This document shows positions 10,996 to 24,809 of a stretch of 64,000 nt of DNA, piece by piece. Origin of the DNA: Octopus sinensis (lineage: Eukaryota). The translations under genes and the position numbers were made by a program. The notes under the pieces are model-generated. The model was given only the letters and a program-made list of their open reading frames with translations. It was not told where the DNA came from and did no database searches. The stretch lies in assembly GCF_006345805.1 (NCBI RefSeq), contig NC_043015.1, positions 51,336,001 through 51,400,000 on the forward strand, read 5' to 3'. Every line of letters begins with the position of its first letter. Position 1 is the first letter of the stretch.

Positions 10996-12077
10996 CCCTT
11001 TCGTTACTATATTTCTGACCAAAATACACCCATTATGTGTTTCAATTAATTTCTAACATAATCATAAATTTAGTCTGGTTTCATTAAACAACTATAACTT
11101 TTTTATTTATCAATATATTAATGTGATTTTTGGAAGATAATTTAATGAAATGTTCTCAACCAATTCTATACCATAATTTTTGTCACAAAGTGACTCTAAT
11201 TGCAGGTAGATACAGGTAAATTCAACAAAATATAAAATTATTAAAATTTTTGTTCAAACATCGCTATAGAAAATGGGTTATTAGCTAATATTCAATTGGG
11301 TATACAACAAAATATTACTATAGAATTTGTTATTCTGGGTAACTTTCTGCATAATAATATTTATGGCAAAATAGGCCTTAATTTCATTTAAGGTTGTGGG
11401 AAACCACAAACTATCCTTTCTTTCGCTTTGTTTACATTTAGCGTAACGGTTCGTTTCCGCCGTAATGATTTCAAATAAGCTCATTCGAAAAAGTAACTAG
11501 AAATAGTCTAAGGCTTTACTCTCCTGGGAAAGACTGTGGCTTGGTCCAGTTTCTTCAGAAAAATCACCGAAAGAAACAGTTTTTAAATTTTCACTCCATT
11601 CAGGTGCCAAATCATTTTCTTTATCGCTGTCGGAGCTCTCGGATTCACTGTTTTCACTTTCGGAAAATGAAACATCGGATTCATTATCAAATACCTCGTG
11701 CTTTTTTTTTCAGTCATAGAGTTAGATTTATCAAGGTCTTCAGTAGAAAAGCCTTCGAATTCTGACTCATTGCTTGATATAATGAAATTCGTATCCATTT
11801 ATTGTCAGAATTACAAATTTTGAAAACACAATAGGAACAAATTTCGGAAAAAAATCCCCCAAGATTCACGGAATTAAAATTACACTTCGATCATTGTACA
11901 AAACTGTAGATGAACTGTTTACGAAGTATAATCACATGTTTTCACGAATGTACTAAAGAGATTTGCTCTGATATTCTCATTTAAATATGAATAGGTAAAT
12001 ACGGGCGGGTTTGGGCGGTTTGGTCACATTAACCAAAATTTTTTTCGGGCGGCTTTGGGCAGTTTGGTAACGAAAGG
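10996..12077 (-). mobile_element. Internally deleted piggyBac transposon
   Basis: TTAA TSD at 10992-10995 and 12078-12081; TIRs CCCTTTCGTTAC / GTAACGAAAGG; minus-strand remnant MDTNFIISSNESEFEGFS...ALDYF*LLFRMSLFEIITAETNRYA..W.PTTLNEIKAYFAINIIM matches the piggyBac transposase N-terminus; DDD core missing. Confidence 0.9.
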
Positions 12078-12102
12078 TTAATAAGGTTAAAAAGAATAAA
12101 TT

Positions 12103-12420
12103 GGTGGCAAGCTGGCAAAACCGGTAGCACACCAGGCAAAATGCTTTGTGGAATTTTATCCATCCTTAGGTTCTAAGTTCAAATTCTGCTGAGGTTGACT
12201 TTGTCTTTTATCCTTTCGGGGTTTATAAATTAAGTACCAGTTGCATACTGGGGTGGATCTAATTGACTGGCCCCCTACCCAAAAATTTCGGGCCTTTCTG
12301 TGTCATTCTGTCTCAACAAAATAAGTACCAGTTGAAAACTGGGGTTGATGTAATCGATGATTAATTGACAGTCCCCCACCCCCCAAATTGCTGGGCTTGT
12401 TGCTAAAATTTGAAACTAGT
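12103..12420 (+). mobile_element. SINE family B copies (B1 and B3 tails)
   Basis: GGTGGCAAGCTGGC head and central domain; duplicated AAGTACCAGTTG..GGGG segment with two different tails. Confidence 0.75.
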
Positions 12421-12925
12421 ATGTAAAAAAGAAAGTCTTGATGTTTCTAAAATTAAATGCAACACTTTAGGTGTGGTTGCGTGGTAAGCAAGCTTGCTTC
12501 CCACCCATAAGATGTTTGGTTCGGTCTCATAACGCGGCACCTTGCGAGACGATGGTGCTCCAGCATGACCATAGCTTCTCTAATGCCACCTCCCCTCTTA
12601 AAAGTTTTTGTCTTTCCAGTACTTGGTGACCCTGTCAGTGCAGGTGCCACTTAAAAGCACCCAGTCCACACTGTAAAGTAGTTGGTGTTTGGAAGGGTAT
12701 CCAGCTGTAAAAACCTTGCCAAAACTGACCTCACCTACGCTTGTGCCACATAAAGAGCTCTAAGACCACCCTGCTGAGTGGTCGGTGTTAGGAAGGGCAT
12801 CCAGCTGTAAAAATCCTGCCAAAACAGTCACAGAACTCTGGTGCAGGCTTTGGCCTGGCTGGCTCTTGTGGTACTGTCCCACCCATGCTAGTATGGAACA
12901 CGGATGTTAAATGATGATGATGATA

Positions 12926-12964
<39 letters not shown>

Positions 12965-12987
12965 ACTGCTTGCCGGTCTGTCTGTCC

Positions 12988-13033
<46 letters not shown>

Positions 13034-13061
13034 ATCTATACTGCTTGCCGGTCTGTCTGTC

Positions 13062-13109
<48 letters not shown>

Positions 13110-13131
13110 TTATCTATCTACTATCTATCTA

Positions 13132-13162
<31 letters not shown>

Positions 13163-14019
13163 ATCTATATATATATATACACACACACACACTCACACAC
13201 ACACACACACATTTATGTGTGTGTGTGTGCTCATGTTGTTGTGGCCTTGGGCTAAACAATTTCGACGCATGTGCTATAAATATTGACATAATCATCTTGA
13301 TCCTCATTATTAGTGCCACCATTGTCATCATCATCATCATACCTCCTCCCCCTCCTCTGTATTGTTATACAATAACTAACCAATCACCTTCCACTCTATT
13401 TACACCTCAGCCATTCAACCATTGTTACACTTCATTAATAACCAATTAACAAAGTTTGCCTGGATCACAGATGGAAAGAAAAAAAAAATTGTTCCAATAA
13501 ATAATTGTTTATTTTTTTTCTTGCTGTGTGTTTGTTGTTTGTATTTTCTATACACCCCCCCTCTACATATCCCCCCATACAACACATAACCAACAACACA
13601 GCCATACCTACCTACCTACCTACCTACCTACCTACCTACATACATACATACATACATAAAATCATGTACAACCATACATACACATAGAAAAACATATATA
13701 CACATAGACATACATACAGACAAACAAAATCATATGTACATACACACATATAAACATATGTACATTCTTGCACAACCATACATACATACATACATTCATT
13801 CATACACATAACCATACATAAGCTCATGTAAACAACCATACATACATTCACATGCAGACACCTATTCACGCACACAACTGTATGTACATTCACGCCCAGA
13901 ACCATACATATGTTCACACACACAATAACACAAACATTTACACACTCAACCATACATACATACACTCACACAGCCATATATATATACATACATTGATTAA
14001 ATATTATTTAGTTACACAG

Positions 14020-14757
14020 AAGTGGCTGTGTGGTAAGAAGCTTGCTTACCAACTACATGGTTCTGGGTTCAGCCCCACTGCGTGGCACCTTAGGCAAGTA
14101 TCTTCTTCTATAGCCTCTGACCAACCAAAGCCTTCTGAGTTGATTTGGTAGATCAAAACTGATAGAAGCCCATTGTATATATATATTATATATATATATA
14201 TATATATTTGTATGTATGTATTTGTGTGTCTGTGTTTGTCCTCCCACCATTGTTTGACAACTGATGTTGGTATGTTTATGTCCATATAACTTAGTGGTTC
14301 ACCAAGGAAGACCAATAAAAAAAGTACTAGGCTTACAAAGAATAAGGTGGTAGTGGTGGTGGTGATGATGATGCTTGTGGTGGTGGTGGTGGTGTTGATG
14401 ATGATGACGATCGACTAAATTTGTTCAGCTAAAGGTCGTGCTCCAGCATAGCCACAGTCAAATGACTGAAACAAGTAAAAAACATAATAGAATATCTATA
14501 CAACTTATAAAAGGAAGCAAAACATGTACGTGTGTGTGTGTGTGTGTGTATGTGTGTGTGTGTATGTATGTAGATATATATGTATGAATGTATGTAGGTG
14601 CAGGCATGGCTGTGTAGTAAGAAGCTTGCTTCCCAACCATATGGTTCTCGGTTCAGTCCCACTGTGTGGCATTTTGGGCAAGTGTCTTCTACAATAGCCT
14701 TGAGCCAACCAAAACCTTGTGATTGTATTTGGTAACTGGAAACTGTAAGAAGCTTAT

Positions 14758-14760
<3 letters not shown>
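14020..14760 (+). mobile_element. SINE-A copies (two heads)
   Basis: GTGGCTGTGTGGTAAGAAGCTTGCTT-type heads at ~14021 and ~14597. Confidence 0.8.
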
Positions 14761-14790
<30 letters not shown>

Positions 14791-14939
14791 CTATATACTT
14801 TCTCCCTTCCCAACCATTAAAGTAATACATCTGTTTGTTGTTTACACACAATTCTTCATCGTTTGTTTTTTTATGAATTCTCAGTCGAGTGTAATAGCAT
14901 TAATGTGGTAACATCGTAGATTTTGTCTTGGTATATGCT

Positions 14940-15009
14940 TGGCTGATGAAAATAGAACAAGATATGGGTGGTAGACATATCTTGTAAAATCTGAAACCTG
15001 CAGGTCCCA
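14940..15009 (+). ncRNA. Type I hammerhead ribozyme (PLE-type, canonical core)
   Basis: tgg-CTGATGA-[aaatag a ACAAGATATG ggtggtaga CATATCTTGT aaaatct]-GAAA-cctgcag-GTC-cca; helix III is the palindrome ACCTGCAGGT; helix I only 3 bp. Confidence 0.7.
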
Positions 15010-15199
15010 CATTATCCTTTTCCAAGTATTTCATCTTTCAGATGTTCTCCCTGGAGGTAAGACGATTTTCTCTAGTTTGTTGCACATATGCATTTTTGCT
15101 AATACATACGCGGTGAAGCTATACATTAGCATCGTATTTTTACGTTCGCTATTTCCAGTAAATATCGGTACTTAGTTGTGCCATTTATTTACTACTTTG

Positions 15200-15250
<51 letters not shown>

Positions 15251-15336
15251 AATATTCCCAAACTATAACAACAATGTCTGTTCCAACACACAGTTTAACA
15301 TCAGGAATCAAATTCATAAACATATATATGTGTATA

Positions 15337-15375
<39 letters not shown>

Positions 15376-15377
15376 CA

Positions 15378-15740
15378 GTTAGGCCACAGTGTTGGGCCTT
15401 GCAGAAACAATGCCCAAGACCTTTGGCATTATGTCATGCTTGAGAAGAAAACCTGTCAAGCCGAGCAAAATTACACTCATGGCAGATACCGGTGTTGTGC
15501 AAATTGGCACCTGTGCCAGTGGCATGTAAAAGCACCCCAGTGTCAGGCAAATTGGCACCTGTGCCGGTGGCATGTAAAAGCACTCATTGCACCCTTGGAA
15601 TGATTGGCATTAGGAAGGGCATCCAGCCACAGAATACCATGCCAAATCAAAGTGGAGTCTAGTGCAGCCTTCCAGCCTTGCCAGCCTGGTCAAACCAGTC
15701 AACCCATACCAGCATGGACAACATATGTTAAATGATGATA
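15378..15740 (+). mobile_element. RTE LINE 3' end (ORF2 C-terminus plus 3'UTR)
   Basis: Decayed LGL.E.M..QDLWHYVMLEKKT C-terminus, followed by GTGGCATGTAAAAGCAC repeats, GGAAGGGCATCCAGCC and a GATGAT tail. Confidence 0.8.
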
Positions 15741-16487
15741 TGTGTGTGTGTTTGTCCTTGTGTCTGTGTTTCTCCCCTGCTACTGCTTGACAACCAATGT
15801 TGGTGTATTTACGTTCCTGTAACTTAGCAGTTTGGCAAAAGTGACTGATAGAATAAGCATCAAGTTTTTAAAAAAATAATAAAGACTGAAGTTCAATCAT
15901 TCAACTAAAAGTTCTTCAAGGTCGTGCCCCAGCATGGCCGTGGTCTAATGCTTGAAACAAGTAAAAGGTAAAAATTGTATGCATGTGCTGAGATTTAGAA
16001 ATACTTGGGTTGGTGCCTGAGGGTGCAATAGGCTTACTGGGATTGAGGGACCTTTGTCAAGGCATCCCTCTAGAAAAAGACTAAACATTGATATAAAACC
16101 TGTTGCTCTACTGAACCAGATATCTTGCACTTTGCTTGTCTGATCTTTTCGGTATTGCTTCAGGGAGTATTTGTGGTGCCGTGCATGCTGCGCTTAACCT
16201 AATACTCTTGCACGGACCTTGCTGACTCTTTAACAACTGTCAGGGATGGTCATGTATGTATGTATGTGTATGTGTGTCTGTGTGTGCATGATCCTAAAAG
16301 GGGTGGAAAAAATAATATTATATCATTTATCAAGCTATATACTGAAATAATAGTCAAAGAAGAATTTCATTCCATTTCACACATGTCAAATACTATTTAG
16401 GTTAATGTTGTTATATATATATATATCTATATATATTATATATATATATATAGATATATATATATATATTCTTACATACATATATAA

Positions 16488-16531
<44 letters not shown>

Positions 16532-17485
16532 TATGTATGATATGTATATGTATGTATATATATATGTATGTATGTATGTACATATGTATATGTATGTATG
16601 TATGTATGTATAGTATGTATGTATGTATGTATATGTATATGCATATATATATATATGTATATGCATGTATATATATATGTATATATGTAATATGCATGTA
16701 TATATATAATATATGTATGTATGTATGTATATGTACTGTAATGTATGTATGTAATGTATATTATAGTATGTATAATATATATATATGTATGTATGTATAT
16801 ATATGTATGTATGTATAATATAATGTATGTATGTATATATGTATGTATGTATAAATATATTATATATATATATATATAATATTTATATGTATGTATATAT
16901 ATATTGTATGTTATATATATAATGTATGTATATATATAGTATGTTATGTATATATATTATGTATATATATATGTATGTCTATTATATTATGTATGTATAT
17001 ATATAATGTTTTGTATTATATATATATATATATAATATTACCACAACACACAACACACATATATATATATATTAGTTTTGCTTATTTTGTGGTTGTGTGC
17101 AAATAATATCAAAAACTAGAATCATGACAAAATCTCAAAGAAAAAGAAATATTTAAAAAAAAAGATAGATCTTTGACAAAAACTGATATCCTCAAATCTT
17201 TTGTTAGAATCAGAGCACAGTATACTTTCTAAGAATTACAAAAAAAGGGTGAAAAAATCAGGTATCTCACAAAAATCTCTTGTAAAATTCCACAAAGCTG
17301 TTTACAACCTTGATTCCATTTATGCTAAATGTTATTTATTGAGGATTCGGGCCACTATCAATGTTGTAAATATTATATTATATAAATATCAGAATAGATT
17401 ACTTTGTGTTCAGTGAATAACTGTGGATATTCTGTGAAGATGAGTTGGAATAATAATAATGATTATAATAATAATAATAATAATA

Positions 17486-18042
17486 AATGCCCTGATGCAG
17501 TACCAGGCAGTGATTCTCATGGCTTCTGATCTTAACTGATTGGAAGTGTTATCATGTACATTGTTTTGTCTTGGTATAAAAGATGGGCTACAGCAAATAT
17601 TCTGCTCAATACCACAGATTTGCTTGTCAGTTGTTTGACCATAACCAGTTGAGCATGTCCCTTAGTGGCTGATGATATGTGCATCTCTGATCACGAGTAG
17701 AAGTAGTGGGTGAGTATCATAGCCATGTGTTGAGAGGGATTCTTTGGGGTTTGAATAATTCACCTCTGGAAACATGGGTGTTTCGTTCAACATCTTTAAA
17801 CAACCCTTACTCAGGGACCTTTTGAGCAGGATGGGTTACTCGACCAGAAGAAAATTCTAACTGGGCCCCACCTACAAGGTCATGCACTGTTTATCTTGAT
17901 ATGAGATCATCATGTCGCGCACATATGGTTGTGATGCATGTGCCTGGTGTACCCTTATCAGACAGGTAGTCATGATGGGTATACTGGGCTTTGTATATTT
18001 TACCCCAGTGTCACTTTGATGGCATGAACTGCTCTCTCACTC

Positions 18043-18077
<35 letters not shown>

Positions 18078-18651
18078 TAATAATAGTATGATAAATGCCC
18101 TAATGCAGTACCAGACAGTGGCTCTTATGGCTTCTGATCTTAACTGATTGGAAGTGTTATCATGTACATTGTTTTGTCTTGGTATAAAAAGATGGGCTAC
18201 AGCAAATATTCTTCTCAATACTACAGATTTGCTTGTCAGTTGTTTGACCTTAACCAGTTTACCACGTCCCTTAGTCGCTGATGATATATGCACCTCTGAT
18301 CATGAGCAGAAGTATAGGGGGTGCATCATAGCCGTGTGTTTAAAGGAATTCTTAGAGGTTTAGATAATTCAGCTTTGGAAACATGGGTGTTTTGTTCAAC
18401 ATCCTTAAACAACCCTTATTCAGGGACCTTTTGAGTGGAATGGGTTACTCGACCAGAAGAAAATTCTAACTGGGCCCCACCTGGAAGGTCATGCACTGTT
18501 TATCTTGATATGAGATCACCATGTCGTGCATATATGGTTGTGATGCATGTGCCTGGTGTACCCTTATCAGACAGGTAGTCATGATGGGTATACTGGGCTT
18601 CGTATATTTTACCCCAGTGTTACTTTGGTGGTATGCACTGCTCTCTCACTC
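17486..18651 (+). mobile_element. Two head-to-tail copies (17486-18042, 18094-18651) of a ~560-bp non-coding element embedded in (AAT)n
   Basis: Both copies start AATGCCCT.ATGCAGTACCAG and end GCTCTCTCACTC, each flanked by (AAT)n; the copies differ at scattered positions. Confidence 0.85.
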
Positions 18652-18664
18652 AATAACAATAATG

Positions 18665-19150
18665 ATTATTGCTTTCAAATTTTAGCACAAGGCCAGTAAT
18701 TTCTGGGGTGTTTGTGTGTGTGGAGGTGGCATGAATTCATTACATTGACCTCAGTTTTTTACTGGTGCTTTATTTTATCAACCATAAAAGGATGAGAAAG
18801 CACAGTTCATCTTTGGCACCATTTGAACTATGAACATAATGAACGCCACTAAGCATTCTGTCCACCATGCTAATAATTCTGCCAGCTCCTTGCCTTGTGA
18901 ATAAATGGTAATTATAGTAATAAGAATTATAATGCTTTTAAATTTTAGCACAAGGCCAGGAGTTTTAAGGGTGACAGTTAATCAATTACGTTGACCCCAG
19001 TTTTTTCTTTCTTATCATTGGTACTCATTTTGTCAACCCTGGAAGGAAGGATGGCAAAGTCAACCTAGGCAGCATTTGAACTCAGAATGTAATGCTTGAA
19101 GAAATGCTTCTAAGTATTTTTATCAAACTGGATAACGATTCTATGTGCTT
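18665..19150 (-). mobile_element. Two decayed SINE-B copies (B3 tail)
   Basis: Tails reading ..TGGCCTTGTGCTAAAATTT.. on the minus strand at 18683-18695 and 18946-18958. Confidence 0.75.
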
Positions 19151-19234
19151 GTTGTCCACGGTGCCACATGGTGGGACTGAACCCAAGAACACATGGTCGG
19201 GATGCAAGTTTCTTAACCACCCAACACCTTTTCC

Positions 19235-19469
19235 TTTTATTCTTTTACTTGTTTCAGTCATTCGATTGTGGCCATGCTGGAGCATCACCTTAAAAGGTTT
19301 TTTTTGGGGGGAGGGTCAAAGAAATTGATCCTAGGACTTATTCTTTGTAAGCCTAGTACTTATTCTATCACCCTCTCTTGCTGAACCACTAAGTTACAGG
19401 GATGTAAACACACCAACATCGGTTGCCAAGCGATGGTAAGGGAAACAAAACAGACACAAGGTCACACAT

Positions 19470-19500
<31 letters not shown>

Positions 19501-19507
19501 TATAAAT

Positions 19508-19541
<34 letters not shown>

Positions 19542-19708
19542 TATATGTGATGGCCTTCTTTCAGCTTTTGTCTACCAAATCCCTCACAAGGCTTTGGTCG
19601 GTCCAATGCTGTTGTAGAAGACACTTGCCCAAGTGCCACACAGTGGGACCGAACCTGGGTATCATGGGATTGGGAAGCAAACTTCTTACCACTCAGCCAT
19701 GCCTGTGC
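19235..19708 (-). mobile_element. SINE-A, full length
   Basis: Head, microsatellite and tail all present on the minus strand. Confidence 0.85.
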
Positions 19709-20235
19709 CTATTAATGTTTTTTCACAACAAAAGGTGTACAAACCCCACTAAAGGCACCCAGATCAAACCTGCCATCCACGCACTGATCTAGCAGAATGA
19801 TAATAACCCCCAGAAAAAAAGCCTCCAAAGAAACCCCTTCATGCTAGAAGGCATCAAATCTGATCTGACACTCTGTTACTTCTTTAAATTCTACATTGCT
19901 GCTGCTGCCAAATTCTCTTATTAACCAATATCACATCCTGTTAGTCTTTGTAGAATTAATTAGATTTCAGCACCGTTATATATTGATAAACAGTGAGGTG
20001 TGGATGATTTCACAAACAGCCTTAAATACAATTTGCTAATGTAATAGTTTGCAAAGCTAAAACATAAACAGACTGTTTGCTGGCTCTTAGCTCTCAACTG
20101 GCTGGCTGGCTGGCTGGCTGACTGACTGGCTGGCTGGCCAGGCAGTGGGTTGGTGGAATTTCCACAAATTATCAATCGTTCAATCAATAGAAAACAAACA
20201 TCAACAATGAAGCCAGTCAATTATATGTTTGCTAT

Positions 20236-20315
<80 letters not shown>

Positions 20316-20724
20316 ATGTAAGCATGTATGTGTGTCTGTTTATATATGTGTATATAGATGTGTGTGTTTGTGTATGTGTTTGTATTTGTATGTTTGTATA
20401 CATGTATATATAAGTATATGAATACCTGTATATATATATATATGTGTGTGTGTGTATATATGTAAGTATATATACATATATAATTATATATATATATATA
20501 TACATACAAGACAATGTATAATTATAAGTAAATGTATGTACGTGTGTGTGTGTGTGTGTATGTATACATGTATGCACATACACACACAAAAGCACAAATA
20601 CCATGGGAAGGCTATTTTCGGAATTGATGGAGACCACAGAGTAAACTAATGACATATTCGCAGACGGGCAGACAGACAGATCGACAGACAGACCTGGTCA
20701 TCAATAAAGCAGCATCAACAAAAC

Positions 20725-20759
<35 letters not shown>

Positions 20760-21369
20760 ACAACAGTAACTGGCGGAATATCTACATTATTTGAGCGAAA
20801 CAAAGCAAAAAACGAGAAAAATACAATCTCCAAAAGAGGTGATGATATATTTATTTAAATAACAAGTCTTCTCAGATATTTAATGAGACAACATAAACAG
20901 CAATGGAGCAATGTCTTTAGCACCACCCTGTTTTCCTTTCATCTTTCTCTTTTTCTTCCTTCCTTCCGTCCTTCCCACTTTTCTTGCCTGCCTGCTTTCA
21001 ATTCCTTTATTATTTTTTTAAATATTTTTCTTTTGTCACAACTCTTTCTTCTTTCTCCTCCTTTCCTTTCTTTCAATTGCGGTTGAGAGAAATCTTCATC
21101 ATCATTATTTAACATCCGTTTTCCATGCTGGCATGGGTTGGACGATTTGACAGGAGTTGGCAAGTCAGAGAGCTGCACAGGGTTTCACTGTTTTGGCAGG
21201 GATTTTTTTACAGCCGGATGTCCTCCCTAACACCAACTGCCCTACAAAGTGGACTGATTGCCTTTTATGTGACACCGACACTGGTGATGTCTGAGGTGCC
21301 ATGTTTTTACAGTCAGATGCCCTTTCCTAACACCAGACACTTGACACTTTACAGAGTGGACTGGATGAT

Positions 21370-21406
<37 letters not shown>

Positions 21407-21407
21407 T

Positions 21408-21782
21408 TCGTCATCGTGGCACTCCGTCGGTTATGACAACGAGGGTTCCAGTTGATCCAATCAACGGAACACCCTGCTCATGAAATTAACGTGCATGTAG
21501 CTGAGCACTCCACAGACACTTGTACCCTTAACGTAGTTCTCGGGGAGATTCAGCATGACAAGGCTGGCCCTTTGAAATACAGGTACAACAGAAACAGGAA
21601 GAAAGAGTGCGAGAAAGTTGTGGTGAAAGAGTACAGCACAGTTCACCACCACGCCCTGCTGGAGCCTCGTGGAACTTAAGGTGATTTTGCTCGATAAACA
21701 CTCACAACGCCCGGTTTGGGAATTGAAACTACGATCCTATACCGCAAGTCCACTGCCCTAACCACTGGGCCATTGCACCTCC
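21408..21782 (-). mobile_element. tRNA-derived SINE family D
   Basis: Head GGAGGTGCAATGGCCCAGTGGTTAGGGCAG..; related copies at 29674-29972 (-) and 52582-52885 (+). Confidence 0.8.
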
Positions 21783-21789
21783 ACACACA

Positions 21790-22830
21790 TCTAAATTACA
21801 GAAAAATGAAAATAACAGTGACATCTCATTTTAATTGATATATTTACCAAATTTACATAAAAATATCTTGAAATACTAAAGAGTAAATTTATTCAATAAA
21901 ATCGCCATTGGCTTCAACCATGGCCTCCAGACAACTTCGGAATCTCCTGCACCTCTTCTGGACAGTCTCTTTGTTTAAGGTGGTGGATGCTGCTATAATC
22001 CTTGCTTTCAGTTCATCTTGCCCAACTGTACCCCACATATAATAATCAAGGGGGTTGCAGTCTGGGGAGTTAGGTGGCCAGATATTAGGGGTGATGTGGT
22101 CTCAGAGATTGTCTGACAGCTATGACTGGGTTCTCCTGCTTGTGTGGTATGGTGCAGAATCATGTTGCTTGATACAGGGTCTTCCAGCAGCCACCTTCTT
22201 GACCCAGAGTAGCACTACCTCCTCCAGGCACTTGATGTAGGCCTCCATGTTGAGTCTGAGGCCATGTGGGAAAATGAATGGAGGCATAATGTCACTGTCA
22301 CAAGTGATCATTACAAACATGTTATGCTGTCTGGATGTTTGACTCTTATCACACTCAGTACTTGTTTTGGGGACATGACAAGCCAGTGGTTGTTTTGTGT
22401 GTTCACCATCTGATCCTGACAGAAATTTTTCTTATCTAAGAAAAACCAAACCATATTCAGTCGGAGGAGATGCTTGAGTTTGTTCAAAAGTTTCATAGTG
22501 CGGTCTTTCCCCTCTTGTCCTTGATGGCTTAGGATAAAAATTGGCCCTTTCCTATCTTCATGCACTACCTGTCTGATAAGAAACTCACCAACAAATTCAG
22601 GTTCTTTTCTTATCAGAACAATCAGAGTGAGTTTTCCGAGCTGCCGTATCTTTGTACTCACCATTAGACTCATCCAACTCTTTCCAAATCCTCTGCACTA
22701 TCTTCAAACACCCTGAACCCCAAACACTCTGAAATGTTCGAACTGGAGCTTCAGGTGTGAATGCCAAGCAGTACAGCTTTTCATTTCCAAATTTCTAGCA
22801 GAGTGAATTGCATCATGGTGCTGTTTTTCT
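21790..22830 (-). pseudogene. Decayed maT/DD37D (Tc1-mariner superfamily) transposase
   Basis: ..MPPFIFPHGLRLNMEAYIKCLEEVV..QHD SAPYHTSRRTQS*LSDNL*DHITPNIWPPNSPDCNPL D YYMWG: exactly 37 codons between the 2nd and 3rd catalytic D; several stops and frameshifts; probable start ATG near 22816. Confidence 0.88.
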
Positions 22831-22917
22831 CAAAGACCATGCCAAACTGTTTTTCTCATACACAGTGCCCAGCTGTCCCTCATAAAAGCAGGTAGCAATT
22901 TTATCTTGCCCTTATTC

Positions 22918-24044
22918 TTAGTGCAACTTTTGAAGAGCATAGTTTATTTTAACAGCTATTTTTTCAAAACTATAATGGAAGTGGCAAAGAAGCATATTCA
23001 GCATATTTTGCTTTATGCATTCAATAAAGGCAACAACACAGTGGAAAGTGCGTGAAATATCAATGCAGTATATGGGGATCAGACTATAAGCATAAGCCAC
23101 TGTCAATCTGTGGTACCAGAAATTCTGAGCTGGAAACTACAGCCTAGAAAACAAGCTCCATCCTGGAAGATCTGCAAACCCTGGTGGAATAAAATCCTAT
23201 CATAACTTGAGGAACTAGCCGAGAAGTTTGAATTTGGTCATTCAACCATTCATTGACACCTGTGCACCATCAGAAAAGTCAGCAGAGATTGGATCAGTGG
23301 GTTCCTCATAATCTTTTCAAGTCTAATCGTGCAGAGAGGGTGAATATGTGCTCTTCTTTGCTGTCACATCTCATGAATGAACGTTTTTGGGACCGAATAG
23401 TTACTGTTGATGCAAAATGGGTTCTTTATAAAATTATGAAGTGCAGAAGACTGTGGGTACGGAAAGAAGAAACACCGGCACCCCAGGCAAAAGAAGATCT
23501 TCACCCACGTAAGGTGTTGTTATCTGAGATATGAAAGGTTTAGTCCACTTTGAGCTTTTAAACCCAAACCAAATGATAACAAAAGAGATCTACTGTAATT
23601 AGCTTGAATGGCTTAAGTCAGCGCAAGAAGCAAAACGACCATCTTTGGTTTGAAAACAAAAGGTGTTCTTCCATCAGGATAAAGCTTGGCAACATACAGT
23701 GAGGAGGACATTTGGCAGGCTGGAGCATTTTGAATGGGAAAGGCTGGAGCAGTTTGAATGCCCCACCCACCATATTTGCTGAACATTGCCCCATCTGGTT
23801 ATCATTTATTCTGCAGTCTTCAAAATCATTTGGATGGAAAAAATATGACTTCTGTAGACAAGGTCAGAACAGTATTGGAGGAATATTCTTCATCACAGAC
23901 AAGTGAATTTTGGAAGAGGGCTTTGCAAGTCTACCAGACAGATGGAAGAGTATTGTATATTTTAGATTAAAAAAGAACTTTATCTTAATTTTGAAAAATA
24001 AAAAGAAGTATAAAAAATCGCACTATTTATGTGATGGCCCAATA
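22918..24044 (+). pseudogene. Decayed near-full-length mariner transposon
   Basis: ATG at 22975 (MEVAKKHIQHILLYAFNKG..), WVPHNL, RIVTVDAKW (TGDEKW), FHQDKAWQH, PHPPYLLNIAPSGYHLF; right TIR ..GATGGCCCAA plus TA at ~24044. Confidence 0.9.
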
Positions 24045-24809
24045 TATCTATGTGTGTGTGTGTGTGTCTTTGTATCTGTGTTTGTTCCATATTACTTGCT
24101 TGACAAGCATTGTTGCATTGTTTACGTCCCTGTAACTTAGCAGTTCGGCAAAAGATACTGATGGAATAAGTATTAGACTTAAAAGAGAAAATAAGTCCTG
24201 TGGTCAAGTTGTTTGATGAAAATCCTTCAGGGTGGTGCTCCAGCATGGCTACAATCAAATAACTGAAACAAGTGAAAAAATATTACCTTCCCACTGAGAA
24301 AAAAAAACCATTCCCATGAGATGGCCATGGTTGGAATTTTTTTTTTTTATCATAATTCTGCTAGATCAGTGATGAGAGAGATAGAGCTGGCAACAATTAC
24401 AACAACCACAACAACAAGAACAGCCTGATGATAAATATATTTTTTTTAATAATAAACCTTCATATTTATTCCTTGTAGCAACACCTTGAAATTGCCATTA
24501 GATGAAAGGGATTTGGAGGGAGATAAATTAGATTATAACTGTAAACTTCAGTTCTTCCTTTGTAATAATTCTGTTTGGTAGCTTTATACTGAAAGTGTGT
24601 GTGTATAGGGATGTGTGTATGCATATATGTACTATTGTATGCACACGCCTACTACAGTTCAAGGGAACACACACATACACATACACGCTTACATATATCT
24701 ATATACACACACAAGCATATACTCACACACACACACACTTGTAGCTGAGCAGCATCTTATGATAGTTGTATGTTTTTTAAAATATTTCCCATCTTGGTTT
24801 ACTTTTTGA

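Noticed and set aside
15042-15056. 15-nt candidate microexon tttcAG|ATGTTCTCCCTGGAG|GTAAGA
   Set aside because: Splice signals are good and the frame is preserved, but it lies just downstream of a hammerhead in a probable PLE fragment and would insert into a conserved IFT80 helix; unsupported without RNA-seq.
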